Below are positions 1 to 10,655 of a stretch of DNA of 64,000 nt, in pieces. The stretch is from a virus. The translations under genes were made by a program, and so were the position numbers. The DNA is taken from IMG/VR virus record IMGVR_UViG_3300037313_000284, positions 64,001-128,000 of that record; one strand, given 5' to 3'. The notes beneath the pieces are model-generated. The model saw only the letters and a list, made by a program, of their open reading frames with translations. It searched no databases and was not told the DNA's origin. Within the stretch, counting starts at the first letter, position 1. Every line of letters starts with the position of its first letter.

Positions 1-1884
1 GGCGCGCGCCTTGCTATACGGAACCAACTTCACGCCGCTGGCCTTAGCCTTATCCATTTTCGTCGACGTTTCTCCGTCGGCGTAGATGACGTGCGTAGTG
101 GCTTTAGTAACACTTCCTGCGATAGTTCCGCCCTTAGCTTCAATGGCTCGCTCCATTTCCTTGTCGCGAACCTTAGTGAAGACAATAACTGCGCCAGTGA
201 GCGGACCTTTGACGGTGGCTTTCTTCGTCTTCTTAGCAGGTTTAACCGGAAGACTATTGAACCAATTGACCCAAGCTTTCCAGCGACCCGCGACGTCAGC
301 AGCGCTAGTATCTGACCACCCGGCTAACGAAGCCAATTCCGCACGTAACTCGCGCACGTTTTTAGGCTTTTGGTTAGTCATAACGTCCCATAGATCGCGG
401 GCGCTACTTTCACCGAAACCTTGTCCGAACACTCCGCTATACGCCATTAACTTTGGAATGGCTGCGGATTGTAGCGCCTTGCGGATACCGTCTGGAATCT
501 TCTGCGCAGCGGAATTGCCAGCGCCTCGGTCAAGCCAATCGTCGTAGTCCATCGAAATGACTTCCGGAATGGACTTCTCTGCTACCAGTGTAGCGATAGC
601 TGGACCGAAACCCGTCACGCCGATCTTATTAAAGAAGATTTGCAGTTGCTTGGCGTTGGACTCACTGGCGTGGTCCTCTTGCAGGGTAGTGATATTAACC
701 TTGTTGGCGTCCCACTGATAGGTTTTAGCCTTAGGGAACGAAGCCATCGCAGCCTTGCGCGTAACCTCGACAATGTACGGTATAACGCCACCAGACCGAA
801 TGATTTCTACTTCAGCGCCGGGTCCTAGCTTGTTGACCTTTACGTACTTCGCGTTGTGCGCAGTAGCTTTAGTAACTGTCACGCCGTCGATCTTGACGGG
901 TTTGATGATCGCGACCGGTTTCAGTTGTCCGTATCGCGAAACTTGCCAATCAACGCTAACCACCTCGGTCTTGATACCTGCGGTGTTGACCTTGAAAGCA
1001 AATGCCCGCTTGGGGTTACTAAGCTTGGGTTCTTCAGCGACGTTCGCAGCAACCACAATACCATCAATCGCGTACCGCGACTTAGACGACCAACTGTTAT
1101 AGATAGCAGTCAGCTTCTTTTCGGTAAGGTCGGCGATACTAAACTTCTGATGGACCGGCACATGCCAACCCGCGCTCTTCAGTTTCTTGAACGCACGTTC
1201 CGGAGCTAAAGCAGGAACCATGTACGAAAGCGCGATAGCCATAGCGCGCTTGAGCACTTTCAGGTTAGGGGCACTGGAGTTAACAATACTCGCAATGGCG
1301 TTGCGTTCCACTTCCGGATCGCCCTCGTCCTCCATATCCTTCAGAGAACCACGCGGCATTACTAATTCAAAACGGATGACTTCGCCGTTAGCGATACGGC
1401 CCAGCAGTTTGTACTTGGTCAAAGGCTCGATCAGGTGCGAAACATCGACCCCGACGCCATCTTTACCTCTAGTAACTAGCTGCTTTACGCCCTTAGCGTT
1501 GCAGCGGTATTGCAGGCTGAAGCCGTCCACCTTCTCGGAAACGATAGCCTCACTAGCCGAGCCGATCTTGGCCTTTACGCGATTAGTAAGGTCTTTGGCG
1601 TACGCCTTATCTAGGCTGGACATAGGCGTTTCATGCCGCACCTTACGCGCGCTAGCGTGTTTAACTTTCGGGGCTGCGCCAACTTGCTTCTCAATGTCCG
1701 GGTAGAACGGCTTGAGCTTTTTAGTAAGCCGATCAAACTCCGCGTCAGACATGATGGAAGCGCCGTTGTGGTACGCAGTATTAGCCACGTTCCAGCGGGT
1801 ATAATCCTTCTTAGCATCCGCCTTAGTGTACGCGGCTTCTTCGATAGCCTCGACGGCTTTGGTAGATGGAAAGAGAGAGCGCAT
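1..1884 (-). CDS. ligA: NAD-dependent DNA ligase (3' end runs off the window)
   Basis: Not in the ORF track. Manual translation from ATG at 1884 gives MRSLFP...AYHNGASIMSDAEFDRL...HETPMSSLDKA...SEKVDGFS (KxDG adenylation motif) and a BRCT-like end (STKMDKAKASGV). Confidence 0.93.
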   Translation of the reverse strand, partial: MRSLFPSTKAVEAIEEAAYTKADAKKDYTRWNVANTAYHNGASIMSDAEFDRLTKKLKPFYPDIEKQVGAAPKVKHASARKVRHETPMSSLDKAYAKDLTNRVKAKIGSASEAIVSEKVDGFSLQYRCNAKGVKQLVTRGKDGVGVDVSHLIEPLTKYKLLGRIANGEVIRFELVMPRGSLKDMEDEGDPEVERNAIASIVNSSAPNLKVLKRAMAIALSYMVPALAPERAFKKLKSAGWHVPVHQKFSIADLTEKKLTAIYNSWSSKSRYAIDGIVVAANVAEEPKLSNPKRAFAFKVNTAGIKTEVVSVDWQVSRYGQLKPVAIIKPVKIDGVTVTKATAHNAKYVKVNKLGPGAEVEIIRSGGVIPYIVEVTRKAAMASFPKAKTYQWDANKVNITTLQEDHASESNAKQLQIFFNKIGVTGFGPAIATLVAEKSIPEVISMDYDDWLDRGAGNSAAQKIPDGIRKALQSAAIPKLMAYSGVFGQGFGESSARDLWDVMTNQKPKNVRELRAELASLAGWSDTSAADVAGRWKAWVNWFNSLPVKPAKKTKKATVKGPLTGAVIVFTKVRDKEMERAIEAKGGTIAGSVTKATTHVIYADGETSTKMDKAKASGVKLVPYSKARA

Positions 1885-1910
1885 TTGTTAGACCCTAATA
1901 AACACGGAAT

Positions 1911-1935
1911 GGGAGGGGTCGAAGAGACCCCTCCC
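1911..1935 (-). terminator. Hairpin between portal and ligase genes
   Basis: GGGAGGGGTC-N5-GACCCCTCCC stem; weak U tract. Confidence 0.5.
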
Positions 1936-1938
1936 TTA

Positions 1939-3750
1939 TTAATCTTCAATGCCAGCCTTGATCTTGGCATTGTGAGTTTCCGCAACACGCGCTAGCGCCT
2001 CGGCGATAGTCTTGTGTTGCTTGTCACGTAGTAACCTCTTACCGAGCGCGGTAGAAGGACGCATACGTTTAGTCCCGACTTCCTGATACGGCTCCATGGC
2101 TTCAGCCGTTTCGTCGTCGTAAGAACGACCGAGAATACCAACAGGTTGTGTCAAGTCACTAAACATAGCGAACTCATCACCACCCGGCGCGCCGTCACCT
2201 TCGACTAAAGGCTTCGGCATAATATCTCGGATATCTTCGATGTATTTAGCTAGGCGCTTACGGTCATCCAAGTCTTGCTTGTGGTTTTCCATAACCGCTT
2301 CGAAATCCATACCACCAGCCGCGAACAACGCGCGGATAGGTGCAGGGACATTACGCTCTTCTAGTAAGTTGAGCATTTCGATATAGGCTTGGTCACCCTC
2401 AGGCATTAGCGACTGACGCCAAGTGATCTTAGGCGTGTCGTACAGACTGACGTTAGTAATCGTGTTGGCAGCGTTGGCCGCCACTTCTAGCGCAGTGAGT
2501 TGCCCGCGTTCTTTGCCCGCGCCTTTGATCATATAGTCATTGGCTTTAGCGATCTGCGGGAAAATCTTGCGATACATCAACTGTTCGGTAACTTGGTTCC
2601 GCTCAGTCTTAATCGTTTGCAGGAACGTGGAAATCGCCACTTCCGCGTTATTAAACGTAGCGTCGCCCGATAGGAACGACTCAGACACGCCCAGCGAACG
2701 AAGCTTAAAAGCAACAGTCTGTTCGAAGCTATCCGTGATCCGCCAGAAATCAGTCGGGTTACGAACCTCGTTAGGGCTAATACCTTCACGCGTAACGACG
2801 ATAGCGCCTAGCGGGTCAGCGTCTGCGTTATTAAATAGCTCTGCGATCTGCTGCATTTCCTCAGGCGAGGCTAACCATTGGTCGCCCATACCTGCGGTGA
2901 TGTGCAGAATACCGCGTTGCCTACGGTGCGCCGCTTCAATCGTGCCACGAGTTAGCGCACGTTCGATCAAGAAGATCGGCAGGATGCGGTGCAGGATACT
3001 ATTAAACCGAGGATCGGGACCGGGGCGGTCAATCCACACCACGCTATCCATCGGAACCGGAATAACCTTCGCGCCCTTCTGTTGCAAGAATTGCGGAATG
3101 TTCTTCTTAATGTCGGCTAGACGATCATCGTTGCTGTTAATAATGTCCGAAAGGAAATCATTAAGCTGGATATCGACCACCGGGTCCATACCGAACACCG
3201 GTGAATAGATGATCTTAGAAACGGCCATACGCGAGTACGGCAACATGCTGTCGTAGGTCTTCTTAGCGCCGTTCCAGTCAAGCATGCCTAGGAACGCACC
3301 TTGCACGTCGCGTTCGATAGCCAATCGCGGCATGACCGTACGCAGCCGCATATTGTCAACGGCCTCTTCATACTTCTGAATGCGAGACTTTTCTACGCCG
3401 TGAACTGCGAAGTCGCCGTACGGGATATTAGCGCGTAGATCGATAGCGGGACCACAAATACTATCTTCACGATACAACGCGTTATAGTATTTATAAATCT
3501 CGGGAGGAGCGTTAGACGACGAGCCGCCTTTGTTAGAACTAGACGAACCGCCAATGTAATTCAGCGATAAGTCTTCGTCAGTAATCCCGCCCATTGCCGC
3601 TGACGACGTGCTAGTGCTACTAGCAGTCTCACGAAACCGCGCGATCTCATTACCGGAACGGAATTGCCCGGCACTATTAGCCATTGAAGTTTCGCGACCT
3701 GCGACGACGTTACGGCCTTGAAGCTGGTATTTACTTAGTCCGCTGAACAT
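1939..3750 (-). CDS. Putative portal protein
   Basis: 603 aa; portal-like segments (CGPAIDLRANIP, SILHRILPIFLIE, LGVSESFLSGDATFNNAEVA, PKITW) in a virion-gene context. Confidence 0.65.
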   Translation of the reverse strand: MFSGLSKYQLQGRNVVAGRETSMANSAGQFRSGNEIARFRETASSTSTSSAAMGGITDEDLSLNYIGGSSSSNKGGSSSNAPPEIYKYYNALYREDSICGPAIDLRANIPYGDFAVHGVEKSRIQKYEEAVDNMRLRTVMPRLAIERDVQGAFLGMLDWNGAKKTYDSMLPYSRMAVSKIIYSPVFGMDPVVDIQLNDFLSDIINSNDDRLADIKKNIPQFLQQKGAKVIPVPMDSVVWIDRPGPDPRFNSILHRILPIFLIERALTRGTIEAAHRRQRGILHITAGMGDQWLASPEEMQQIAELFNNADADPLGAIVVTREGISPNEVRNPTDFWRITDSFEQTVAFKLRSLGVSESFLSGDATFNNAEVAISTFLQTIKTERNQVTEQLMYRKIFPQIAKANDYMIKGAGKERGQLTALEVAANAANTITNVSLYDTPKITWRQSLMPEGDQAYIEMLNLLEERNVPAPIRALFAAGGMDFEAVMENHKQDLDDRKRLAKYIEDIRDIMPKPLVEGDGAPGGDEFAMFSDLTQPVGILGRSYDDETAEAMEPYQEVGTKRMRPSTALGKRLLRDKQHKTIAEALARVAETHNAKIKAGIED

Positions 3751-3769
3751 AGCGTCTCGCCTTTATTTA

Positions 3770-3976
3770 TTAACCTGCGTCGCGAATGGGAAACACAGTA
3801 CGGCTAGCAGGATGGAATAGCGCTTGGATAGGTTGTTCGTTAACGCCACCGACGACGCACTTGAGTTCTTGCCCGGTAGGATTAGCACCAACCGGCTTGC
3901 GCTTAGGGATATTAATCAAATGCGAAGCCTGTTCGCGATGAATATCCAGAGGCGACACATAGGGTTTATCGCTCAT
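3770..3976 (-). CDS. Hypothetical protein
   Basis: 68 aa, strong SD AGGAGG, TAATTTA motif upstream. Confidence 0.7.
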   Translation of the reverse strand: MSDKPYVSPLDIHREQASHLINIPKRKPVGANPTGQELKCVVGGVNEQPIQALFHPASRTVFPIRDAG

Positions 3977-4000
3977 AAGACTAACCTCCTAATCAATAGT

Positions 4001-4008
4001 TAAATTAG
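4001..4008 (-). promoter_or_regulatory. Putative late promoter CTAATTTA
   Basis: Recurrent motif located between a terminator and an SD. Confidence 0.6.
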
Positions 4009-4014
4009 ACTGAA

Positions 4015-4052
4015 AAGCAAACAACCCCCGCATGATTTCCATGCGAGGGCTG
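4015..4052 (-). terminator. Intrinsic terminator
   Basis: CCCTCGCATG-GAAAT-CATGCGGGGG stem followed by a T-rich tail on the minus strand. Confidence 0.7.
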
Positions 4053-4065
4053 CTGATTTAACTTA

Positions 4066-4830
4066 TTAAGCTTCCGATTCCGAGGCTTCTTCGACTTCCT
4101 CAACCGCCGGTTCAGCGGTTTCAAGGTATTCGATTTGCGACGGTTCTAATAGGTTATTAGACGGAACATGGTTGAAGAACTTCATCATTTCCGGCACGTA
4201 GCGACACATAATCTGCCACGCTTCGTTATTATCCTCACCTAGATAGCCATGCACACGTTGAGCATAACCAATCCAAGCGCCGGGAAGTTGTTCCACCGTT
4301 TCTTCCACGGTGACTTCAGGTTCTTCACTAACTTCGTTGACGGCGTTAGCCTTATCAAGATCGAATTGCGGAAGTGGGCCACCTAGTAACGCCACAGCGC
4401 GATCAACTGCCATCTTTTCCAAGGCTTCGCGACGGATATTCTCTTCTCGAACGCGCAAATTGAATTCCATTTCTTCAGCGTTCATGGAATTAATCTCGGA
4501 ACGACGACGGTTGGCTTCCTCTAGACGAAGTTCATCGTTATCGGGCTGGTCAATAACTTCCTCAGACGGCTTTTCTTCGGGAGTCTCTTCTGCCTCAACG
4601 GTTTCTTCAGGAGCAGCCTCTTCCGAGGTTTCTTCCGTTTCAACGGTTTCTTCCTCGGACATGGAATCGTTTTCCGACTCCGAGCCCTCAGTGTTATTAT
4701 CGGATTCTGTCGAAGTGACCGAATCTTCCCCTGCCCCGCCAAGTAACGACGTGGGGACAGTGATCATTCCAGAAGTGGTATCAGATTGCGTATCGCTCAT
4801 AGCTCGCTGCCTATTCTTTCGCTTAGCCAT
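4066..4830 (-). CDS. Highly acidic, partly disordered protein
   Basis: 254 aa, E/D/T/S-rich N-half, coiled-coil-like middle. Confidence 0.75.
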   Translation of the reverse strand: MAKRKNRQRAMSDTQSDTTSGMITVPTSLLGGAGEDSVTSTESDNNTEGSESENDSMSEEETVETEETSEEAAPEETVEAEETPEEKPSEEVIDQPDNDELRLEEANRRRSEINSMNAEEMEFNLRVREENIRREALEKMAVDRAVALLGGPLPQFDLDKANAVNEVSEEPEVTVEETVEQLPGAWIGYAQRVHGYLGEDNNEAWQIMCRYVPEMMKFFNHVPSNNLLEPSQIEYLETAEPAVEEVEEASESEA

Positions 4831-4854
4831 TTGGTTGATCTGTTACTAACAGGA

Positions 4855-4878
4855 AGGAGGCGGGATATCCCGCCTCCT
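4855..4878. terminator. Perfect 24-bp palindromic hairpin
   Basis: AGGAGGCGGGATATCCCGCCTCCT just after the helicase stop codon. Confidence 0.55.
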
Positions 4879-4889
4879 ATTAACCCCGT

Positions 4890-7800
4890 TTACTTAGAAC
4901 CCCGTACAACACCGTTGTAGCTGAGGCTCCAAACACGCTTACCATTGCTCGTTAGCATAAGGCCCTCGTCGGCATCGAACTTAGCCTTGGTGGGATAACC
5001 CAACTCGACGTATTCGCTTTCGGGAGCGTCCTTATAAGGCGACAGAGCAAAGTGATCACTACGAGTCTTACGAACCCACATCGGAGCACCAACTTTGACG
5101 CCTTCAATCGGAGCGCCATTATTAGTAATCAGCGTGATCGTAGCCCGCCCGCAGTTCTTAAGGAAGAACATGAACTCGTCAAAGTCTTCCACAACCGGGT
5201 TGTGCTTTTGCTCAGGCCATTCTTCAATCGTGATATCATCGTCGTCATCGTCGAGGCTGATAGGCTTCTTAGCACCACCAGTCGGACGCGCCGGACGAAC
5301 GTCAGTAATAGTAGCCGCAGGTTTCGTTGGCTTACTAATAGCTGGTAGTTCGATATGACCGCCGTTAATAGTGTCAAACGACGCCAGGAACTCTTCCGGG
5401 TCTTCCAGAATGTCCCCATCGGCAATGATTTTCTTCGCTTCTTTCTTGGCTTCAGAAATATTGCGATAGAACTTCACGCCCATGTCATCGAACTTCTGCA
5501 CCTTCTCGGTGTTCGGAATTCCCTGCATCAGTTTGCCGAGAATGCTTAGCACGTTGAACGGATGCTTACTAATCGAAGCGCACAGGTAGAATTCACCCTT
5601 CTGCACGATTGGGTAGAGGCGGAACGTTTGCGGGTCTCGCGAGGAGGCCCGTGTCGGAACGCGCTTCTGTTCCACTTTCATGAAGTTAGTGATTTCCGAG
5701 AAATCGTACGGCTCGACCTGACGCAGTTTACCACGCGAAGACAGGCCTTGCGCCACACCTTCAATCTCAGCCATGAGATTGCGAGGAATGACGTAGTTTG
5801 CCTTACTAACACGCGCTAAGAACACATCAAGAGCCTTGCGGTTCTTGAACCCAACTCGCGCCATATCAGGGAAAGGCTTGAACCCGTAGCGAGTATAAAG
5901 AGTATCCATCGCGTTGCCTTCAGCGGTATCGTAACCAACGATGGCAAGTTGACCGTTAATAGCGAGAGCTTGAAGAGCCACGGTTGCTTCCGTTTCCTCT
6001 TCTTCGTCCTCTTCCTCTTCGTCCTCGTCTTCGAATTCCTCTTCCTCGATTAACGTATCAATCGGGTCTTCCGGTTCCTCGTCTTCTAGTTCGTCTTCAA
6101 GCCCAAGCAGATCGATATCGTCTTCATCGAAGTCGTCATCGCCAGCCTCGAAATCAGTAAACTCAGGCTCAGGCGTGTTACGCCCGCGCTTGCGCTTATC
6201 TGCCTCTTGGCGTTGCTCGTTAGTAATCGGCTTGTGCTTCGGCATGCGAACCGGAGCGCCAGACTTACCTCTGATCGCGTTAGCTAACGTCTTAGCGCCT
6301 TCCTCATCCATCGGCACGTAAACGCACGTCTTCGGGAGACGAACACGCTTCATCTTCTCGCCCTTAGAAGGCGGAAGGCCGGGGATGCGGATAGTAAGAC
6401 GGTGACCATTACGCAGAATGCCATCAACGATACCAGGACCGAATTCGGTCATCACGTAATCGCCGATTTTGATTTCTACGTTGTCAATAACCGAAGGATC
6501 GTCGTCTTCATCTTCGGGGCCGTCACCTTCCTCGTCGCTATCTTCGTCCTCGTCACTGACGGGCACGGTTAGCGAACGAATGGGCTGCATATCAAACCCC
6601 ATGGGGTTAATAGGCTGGACACCCGGTAGCCACGGAACGTAGCACGACGCCGAACCGGGAATGGCTTCCCCTTCAATCGTCGGCACAACCACAGCCGCAA
6701 CGAAGTCTTTAACGCTTAGCGGACGACCAGCGTCATCTAGTAACGTTTGACCGGTAAGCGACTCAACTTCACGACCAATCTTTTTCGTTTCCTCAAGAGA
6801 CGATTGCTGGAACCAGTTATTATACTTCTTTTGTTGTTCGAAGTATTGGTTCAGCAGTTCCTCGGGGAACGATTGAATGATCTTCATCGACATGCGAACG
6901 GGCGGCAGGATTTTAACGTCGCCCTTAAAGAACGTATTGCGGAAGCTCGGCACGTAACCGAATTCCACCATCGCGTTATTAAACTTCTTCGCTAGCAGAC
7001 GAGCGATACGCAAGTCGTCAATCGTCGGAGCGCCGGAAGGCTTAGTGGCAACGATAATGTCGTAACCAAGGCTATCACGGTTGAACTTACCGAACGGATC
7101 GGGACGGCGGATACGTGCTAACGATTGGGTTTCACCACCCGGCGTCCAGACTTGCTGCATGCGGATGATACGCGAACCCACTTGGAGGTTGTGACCTTCC
7201 GAGATACTAATCTCGTCGGCAACCATGAAGCGGATTTTGTCGTCAGTCTTGAACTGCTCGACCTTATCGAACGCGCCCGCTTGATAACGCACGGAACGCT
7301 TCTTTAGATCGGGCGGCATGTTATCCCAAACGTGCTTACCAACGAACTTGTTGGGAGCCATCAGGATTACTTTGTTGCCAGGATCAGCACGGTAGGTCGG
7401 GGCATGCTCTTTAATAACAGCAAGCTTACCCTTTTCATCCATGTGCGCGTACATAAGATCGTACGCGTACGCTGCCTTGACCGAAATCAGATCGTCAGCC
7501 TCAGGAATAGCGAGTTCCAGCGTTCCAGGCTCGGCTTCTTCACCGTCATTCTTGAACTTGAACTCTTCGTAGACGAACGTGCCGTCCACGAAATCATTAA
7601 ACTGCGTAGGATCGTTGACAAACCGGTCAATAACCGAGAAGTGCTTACGCACCACGCGTTCAATCTTATTGCTGATCGCGGGATCGTCGTCACCGCTCTC
7701 AACTTTTTCCAGATCACCCTTAACCGCCTTGTCGTCTTTGATGCGGCTAATAGCTTTTTGGAACAACAGATTGTAATAACGCGTTTGCAGTTCGGTCATC

Positions 7801-10622
7801 TGCACGCGGTGATAGATTTCCTGCATCTTGGGAAGCATATAATCCCAAGAGCGGCTATCCTTACGGTACACCAGCGAGTATTCACGCATCGCGCCGTCAA
7901 TAGCGTCCGCGTCTTCAGGCGAGCCGATTTGCTTGGCGTTCTTATCACCAAGGAACGCTTCAGCGAAGGCTTCCACGTCACCACCCAGCATAGCCGGGTT
8001 AATCTTTTGCGTTTGACCCACAAGGTCGGTCACGACGTTATTAATCGTGGTACCCGAGGACAGACGCACATATTCCGCTTTAGCGCACAGGCAGAGGAAC
8101 GCTTGCGCCAGACCGGAGTCTTGGTTCTTGATCTTGTGACTTTCGTCACCGCAAACGTAGTCCAACCCAGCGCCCGCGAGGATATCCACGAAAGGATATG
8201 CCTTCAGGGGCTTCGCACTACCGAAGTTATCATAGCTAGATACTTGCTCGTAGCTGGACTTCAGTTCCGCGTCAGTGTGCTCGTTACGCAGCGTATTGTA
8301 GTTAGTAACGATAATCGTGTTGCGCGGCAGATCACGAATGAAAGCGATGACTTCCGCCATCGTCATGTTCATACCGAACGGGTTCATAAGCACGTCACGC
8401 ACGTGCTGATAAGTGAACGGGAATGCGTTCATCTTACCGTTAGTGAACTCGTTGATTTCCGCAACAAACTGTCGCACTAGGTTATTAGGAACCACGACGA
8501 CCGGGCGCTTGATCAACCCTTTGGCTAGCAGCAGGTTAATATCAGCGATGATGCAGTTGGTTTTACCACCACCCGGAGCCGCGCCGATGATAGCAGATTG
8601 CGGCGGTTCGCCACGGTCAACAGCCTGAATGTATTCCGCTTGGTGCGGAAACACAAAAGACATACGCGACGTGTCGATGTTCGGAATAACAATCGGCTTA
8701 CTGCGGTCCAACGAGTCAACGATATTATCGCGCTCATTGGTACGACGCTTTTCGTGGAAAGCCGGGATGTTAACCGTATGCTTAGCCACGATGTAGCAGT
8801 CGGTATCGGCTTCCATGTTATTAAGCACGCCACCTTCAGGCTCGCGCTTGTCACCGGAAGACCAAACCTTCAGTGCAACAGCAGCAATGGCCGCTGCGCC
8901 CTTATTAAGGAAGCTAATAATCTCGTTTTCAGCACGCTCTTGTTCGTCCGTCGTGCCGTCTTGCAAGTCGCCGACCAGACGACGTGCCCACATTTCTTGT
9001 TCGCTATTATAAGCGGTAGCATCACGCACAGCGTACGTGAAGTAAGCCCAATCTTCGAAATCGACCTTCAGCGGGTTGACTTGCGTCGGCGGGATAGCGC
9101 AACCAGACACTAGCGCATTAACTTGCCTATTAATGCTAGCGTCTTTAACAGCCGACATACGCTTGACCATTTCGAAAAGCGTACGACCTTCAACGGACAA
9201 CGCTTTGAAACGATCTCCATTCCATCCGAAACCAGAACCATTAATAATCCCACGCAGAGCGTAAGGATACATCTTGGCAATGGTGATCGGGTCTAGCGCA
9301 CGCGCACCACGAAGGTTCAGGCTACTAACAGTGCCTTCAATCGTGGTGAAAACCATGACTTCGTTATGGTGGTCAACGTACAGCACGGAAGGCGGGAAAC
9401 GGAACTTAGGTGCGTCGCGGTCGCGACTACCTTCCGTCAACTTACTCATATCGATGGCCGAAAGACTTTCGAACCATTCGTTACTAGCGGATTGGTATTC
9501 CGCCATCTTGTTTTCTTTAGGTAGCCGAATGACGCGATTACGACCCGTAATCAAATAACCGTCTTCGTTAGTACGGACCATCGGCACGTAGCCGGTCCGC
9601 TCTTCCTTCTTTCGGTTGCGTCGCGCCATCGCCATAGGCGTAGGCTTACGAGGCTTAGCACGCTTCCACGCGGTAGCCGCACGACCCTTTAGGTCTTGCG
9701 TAAACGTCGCCGTGGCCTTGTCATCCGTAGCGCCCGAAGCCGCACGAATGATCGAGTTAATATGCGTCATGAACATGAACGGCACGAACTCTTCTTTGCT
9801 TTCGCAATAGAGAGTCCACCACGCATAATCCAGCGGAAGGTGCAGTTCAGCGACGATTTCAGCCGCCATCACTACGGCGGAATTGCGTGGCAGTGCGCCG
9901 CTATCGGCGATAGTGTATGGAAGTCCACCGACTTCCGTAATGTAGTTGTTATTACCAAACAGACGCATAGTCAGCGAAACGCCAACGCCCTTCGGCAGCG
10001 TCTTGACGGCTTGGAATTCTTCGGTCTCACGAACGAAGTCTTGCATGTAGGGTGAGAATTCGCCCTTCACTAACTTCAAGAACGTCGCTTGGTCGACAAC
10101 GGACTCTAGGTTGCCATCCTCACCGAACATCAAATTCGGCTTAGTATTACGACCCTCACGCTTGTATTCCGTGGGATGCTTGTAACCAGGAAAGAGTTTT
10201 TGCAGCAGACGCTCTTGATCCGGATCGAACGGATTAATAACCAACCGCGTGCTCATCGGCTTCGCGGAAAGGATCAATCCGTCTTGGCCTTCCTTACGAA
10301 TAGCCACGAACGGGAGACGCGCAAAGGTCGTAGCGACCTTTGCAGGCATTTCGAAACCCTGAAGTGTACCTTTACCCGATGCTAATTGCTGCATCGTGTA
10401 GAAGTTGTCGGTCTTGCTATTAATAGCCGAGGCAATAGCCCCACGTGCTAGCACGTGGTTAGCTGCAATCTCTAAACCGACAATAGCCGCCGCAGCGTTG
10501 CGGAGGTTATTATGGATTTCGACGCGATCCGACTCGGCCTTGTCCGCCGCTTTGTCTTCCCCTCGCGCGTATTCCATATAGCCTTGGTAACCGCCCGTAG
10601 AGAGTAGGGACCTTTTGTACAT
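4890..10622 (-). CDS. Large SNF2-like (SF2) helicase/ATPase, multidomain
   Basis: 1910 aa; Walker A GAAPGGGKT, motif Ia VVVVPNNL, DESH, SGT, ISEGHNLQ, QSLARIRR; acidic linkers. Confidence 0.85.
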   Translation of the reverse strand: MYKRSLLSTGGYQGYMEYARGEDKAADKAESDRVEIHNNLRNAAAAIVGLEIAANHVLARGAIASAINSKTDNFYTMQQLASGKGTLQGFEMPAKVATTFARLPFVAIRKEGQDGLILSAKPMSTRLVINPFDPDQERLLQKLFPGYKHPTEYKREGRNTKPNLMFGEDGNLESVVDQATFLKLVKGEFSPYMQDFVRETEEFQAVKTLPKGVGVSLTMRLFGNNNYITEVGGLPYTIADSGALPRNSAVVMAAEIVAELHLPLDYAWWTLYCESKEEFVPFMFMTHINSIIRAASGATDDKATATFTQDLKGRAATAWKRAKPRKPTPMAMARRNRKKEERTGYVPMVRTNEDGYLITGRNRVIRLPKENKMAEYQSASNEWFESLSAIDMSKLTEGSRDRDAPKFRFPPSVLYVDHHNEVMVFTTIEGTVSSLNLRGARALDPITIAKMYPYALRGIINGSGFGWNGDRFKALSVEGRTLFEMVKRMSAVKDASINRQVNALVSGCAIPPTQVNPLKVDFEDWAYFTYAVRDATAYNSEQEMWARRLVGDLQDGTTDEQERAENEIISFLNKGAAAIAAVALKVWSSGDKREPEGGVLNNMEADTDCYIVAKHTVNIPAFHEKRRTNERDNIVDSLDRSKPIVIPNIDTSRMSFVFPHQAEYIQAVDRGEPPQSAIIGAAPGGGKTNCIIADINLLLAKGLIKRPVVVVPNNLVRQFVAEINEFTNGKMNAFPFTYQHVRDVLMNPFGMNMTMAEVIAFIRDLPRNTIIVTNYNTLRNEHTDAELKSSYEQVSSYDNFGSAKPLKAYPFVDILAGAGLDYVCGDESHKIKNQDSGLAQAFLCLCAKAEYVRLSSGTTINNVVTDLVGQTQKINPAMLGGDVEAFAEAFLGDKNAKQIGSPEDADAIDGAMREYSLVYRKDSRSWDYMLPKMQEIYHRVQMTELQTRYYNLLFQKAISRIKDDKAVKGDLEKVESGDDDPAISNKIERVVRKHFSVIDRFVNDPTQFNDFVDGTFVYEEFKFKNDGEEAEPGTLELAIPEADDLISVKAAYAYDLMYAHMDEKGKLAVIKEHAPTYRADPGNKVILMAPNKFVGKHVWDNMPPDLKKRSVRYQAGAFDKVEQFKTDDKIRFMVADEISISEGHNLQVGSRIIRMQQVWTPGGETQSLARIRRPDPFGKFNRDSLGYDIIVATKPSGAPTIDDLRIARLLAKKFNNAMVEFGYVPSFRNTFFKGDVKILPPVRMSMKIIQSFPEELLNQYFEQQKKYNNWFQQSSLEETKKIGREVESLTGQTLLDDAGRPLSVKDFVAAVVVPTIEGEAIPGSASCYVPWLPGVQPINPMGFDMQPIRSLTVPVSDEDEDSDEEGDGPEDEDDDPSVIDNVEIKIGDYVMTEFGPGIVDGILRNGHRLTIRIPGLPPSKGEKMKRVRLPKTCVYVPMDEEGAKTLANAIRGKSGAPVRMPKHKPITNEQRQEADKRKRGRNTPEPEFTDFEAGDDDFDEDDIDLLGLEDELEDEEPEDPIDTLIEEEEFEDEDEEEEDEEEETEATVALQALAINGQLAIVGYDTAEGNAMDTLYTRYGFKPFPDMARVGFKNRKALDVFLARVSKANYVIPRNLMAEIEGVAQGLSSRGKLRQVEPYDFSEITNFMKVEQKRVPTRASSRDPQTFRLYPIVQKGEFYLCASISKHPFNVLSILGKLMQGIPNTEKVQKFDDMGVKFYRNISEAKKEAKKIIADGDILEDPEEFLASFDTINGGHIELPAISKPTKPAATITDVRPARPTGGAKKPISLDDDDDDITIEEWPEQKHNPVVEDFDEFMFFLKNCGRATITLITNNGAPIEGVKVGAPMWVRKTRSDHFALSPYKDAPESEYVELGYPTKAKFDADEGLMLTSNGKRVWSLSYNGVVRGSK

Positions 10623-10655
10623 CGTTAGCTCCTAGCGAACTGTTAGGCGTAATTA

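Noticed and set aside
86-1995. Several + strand ORFs over 86-1995, and the many + strand ORFs opposite long minus-strand genes throughout
   Set aside because: Antisense shadows of real genes (here the ligase, missing from the track because it runs off the window); no SD or motifs
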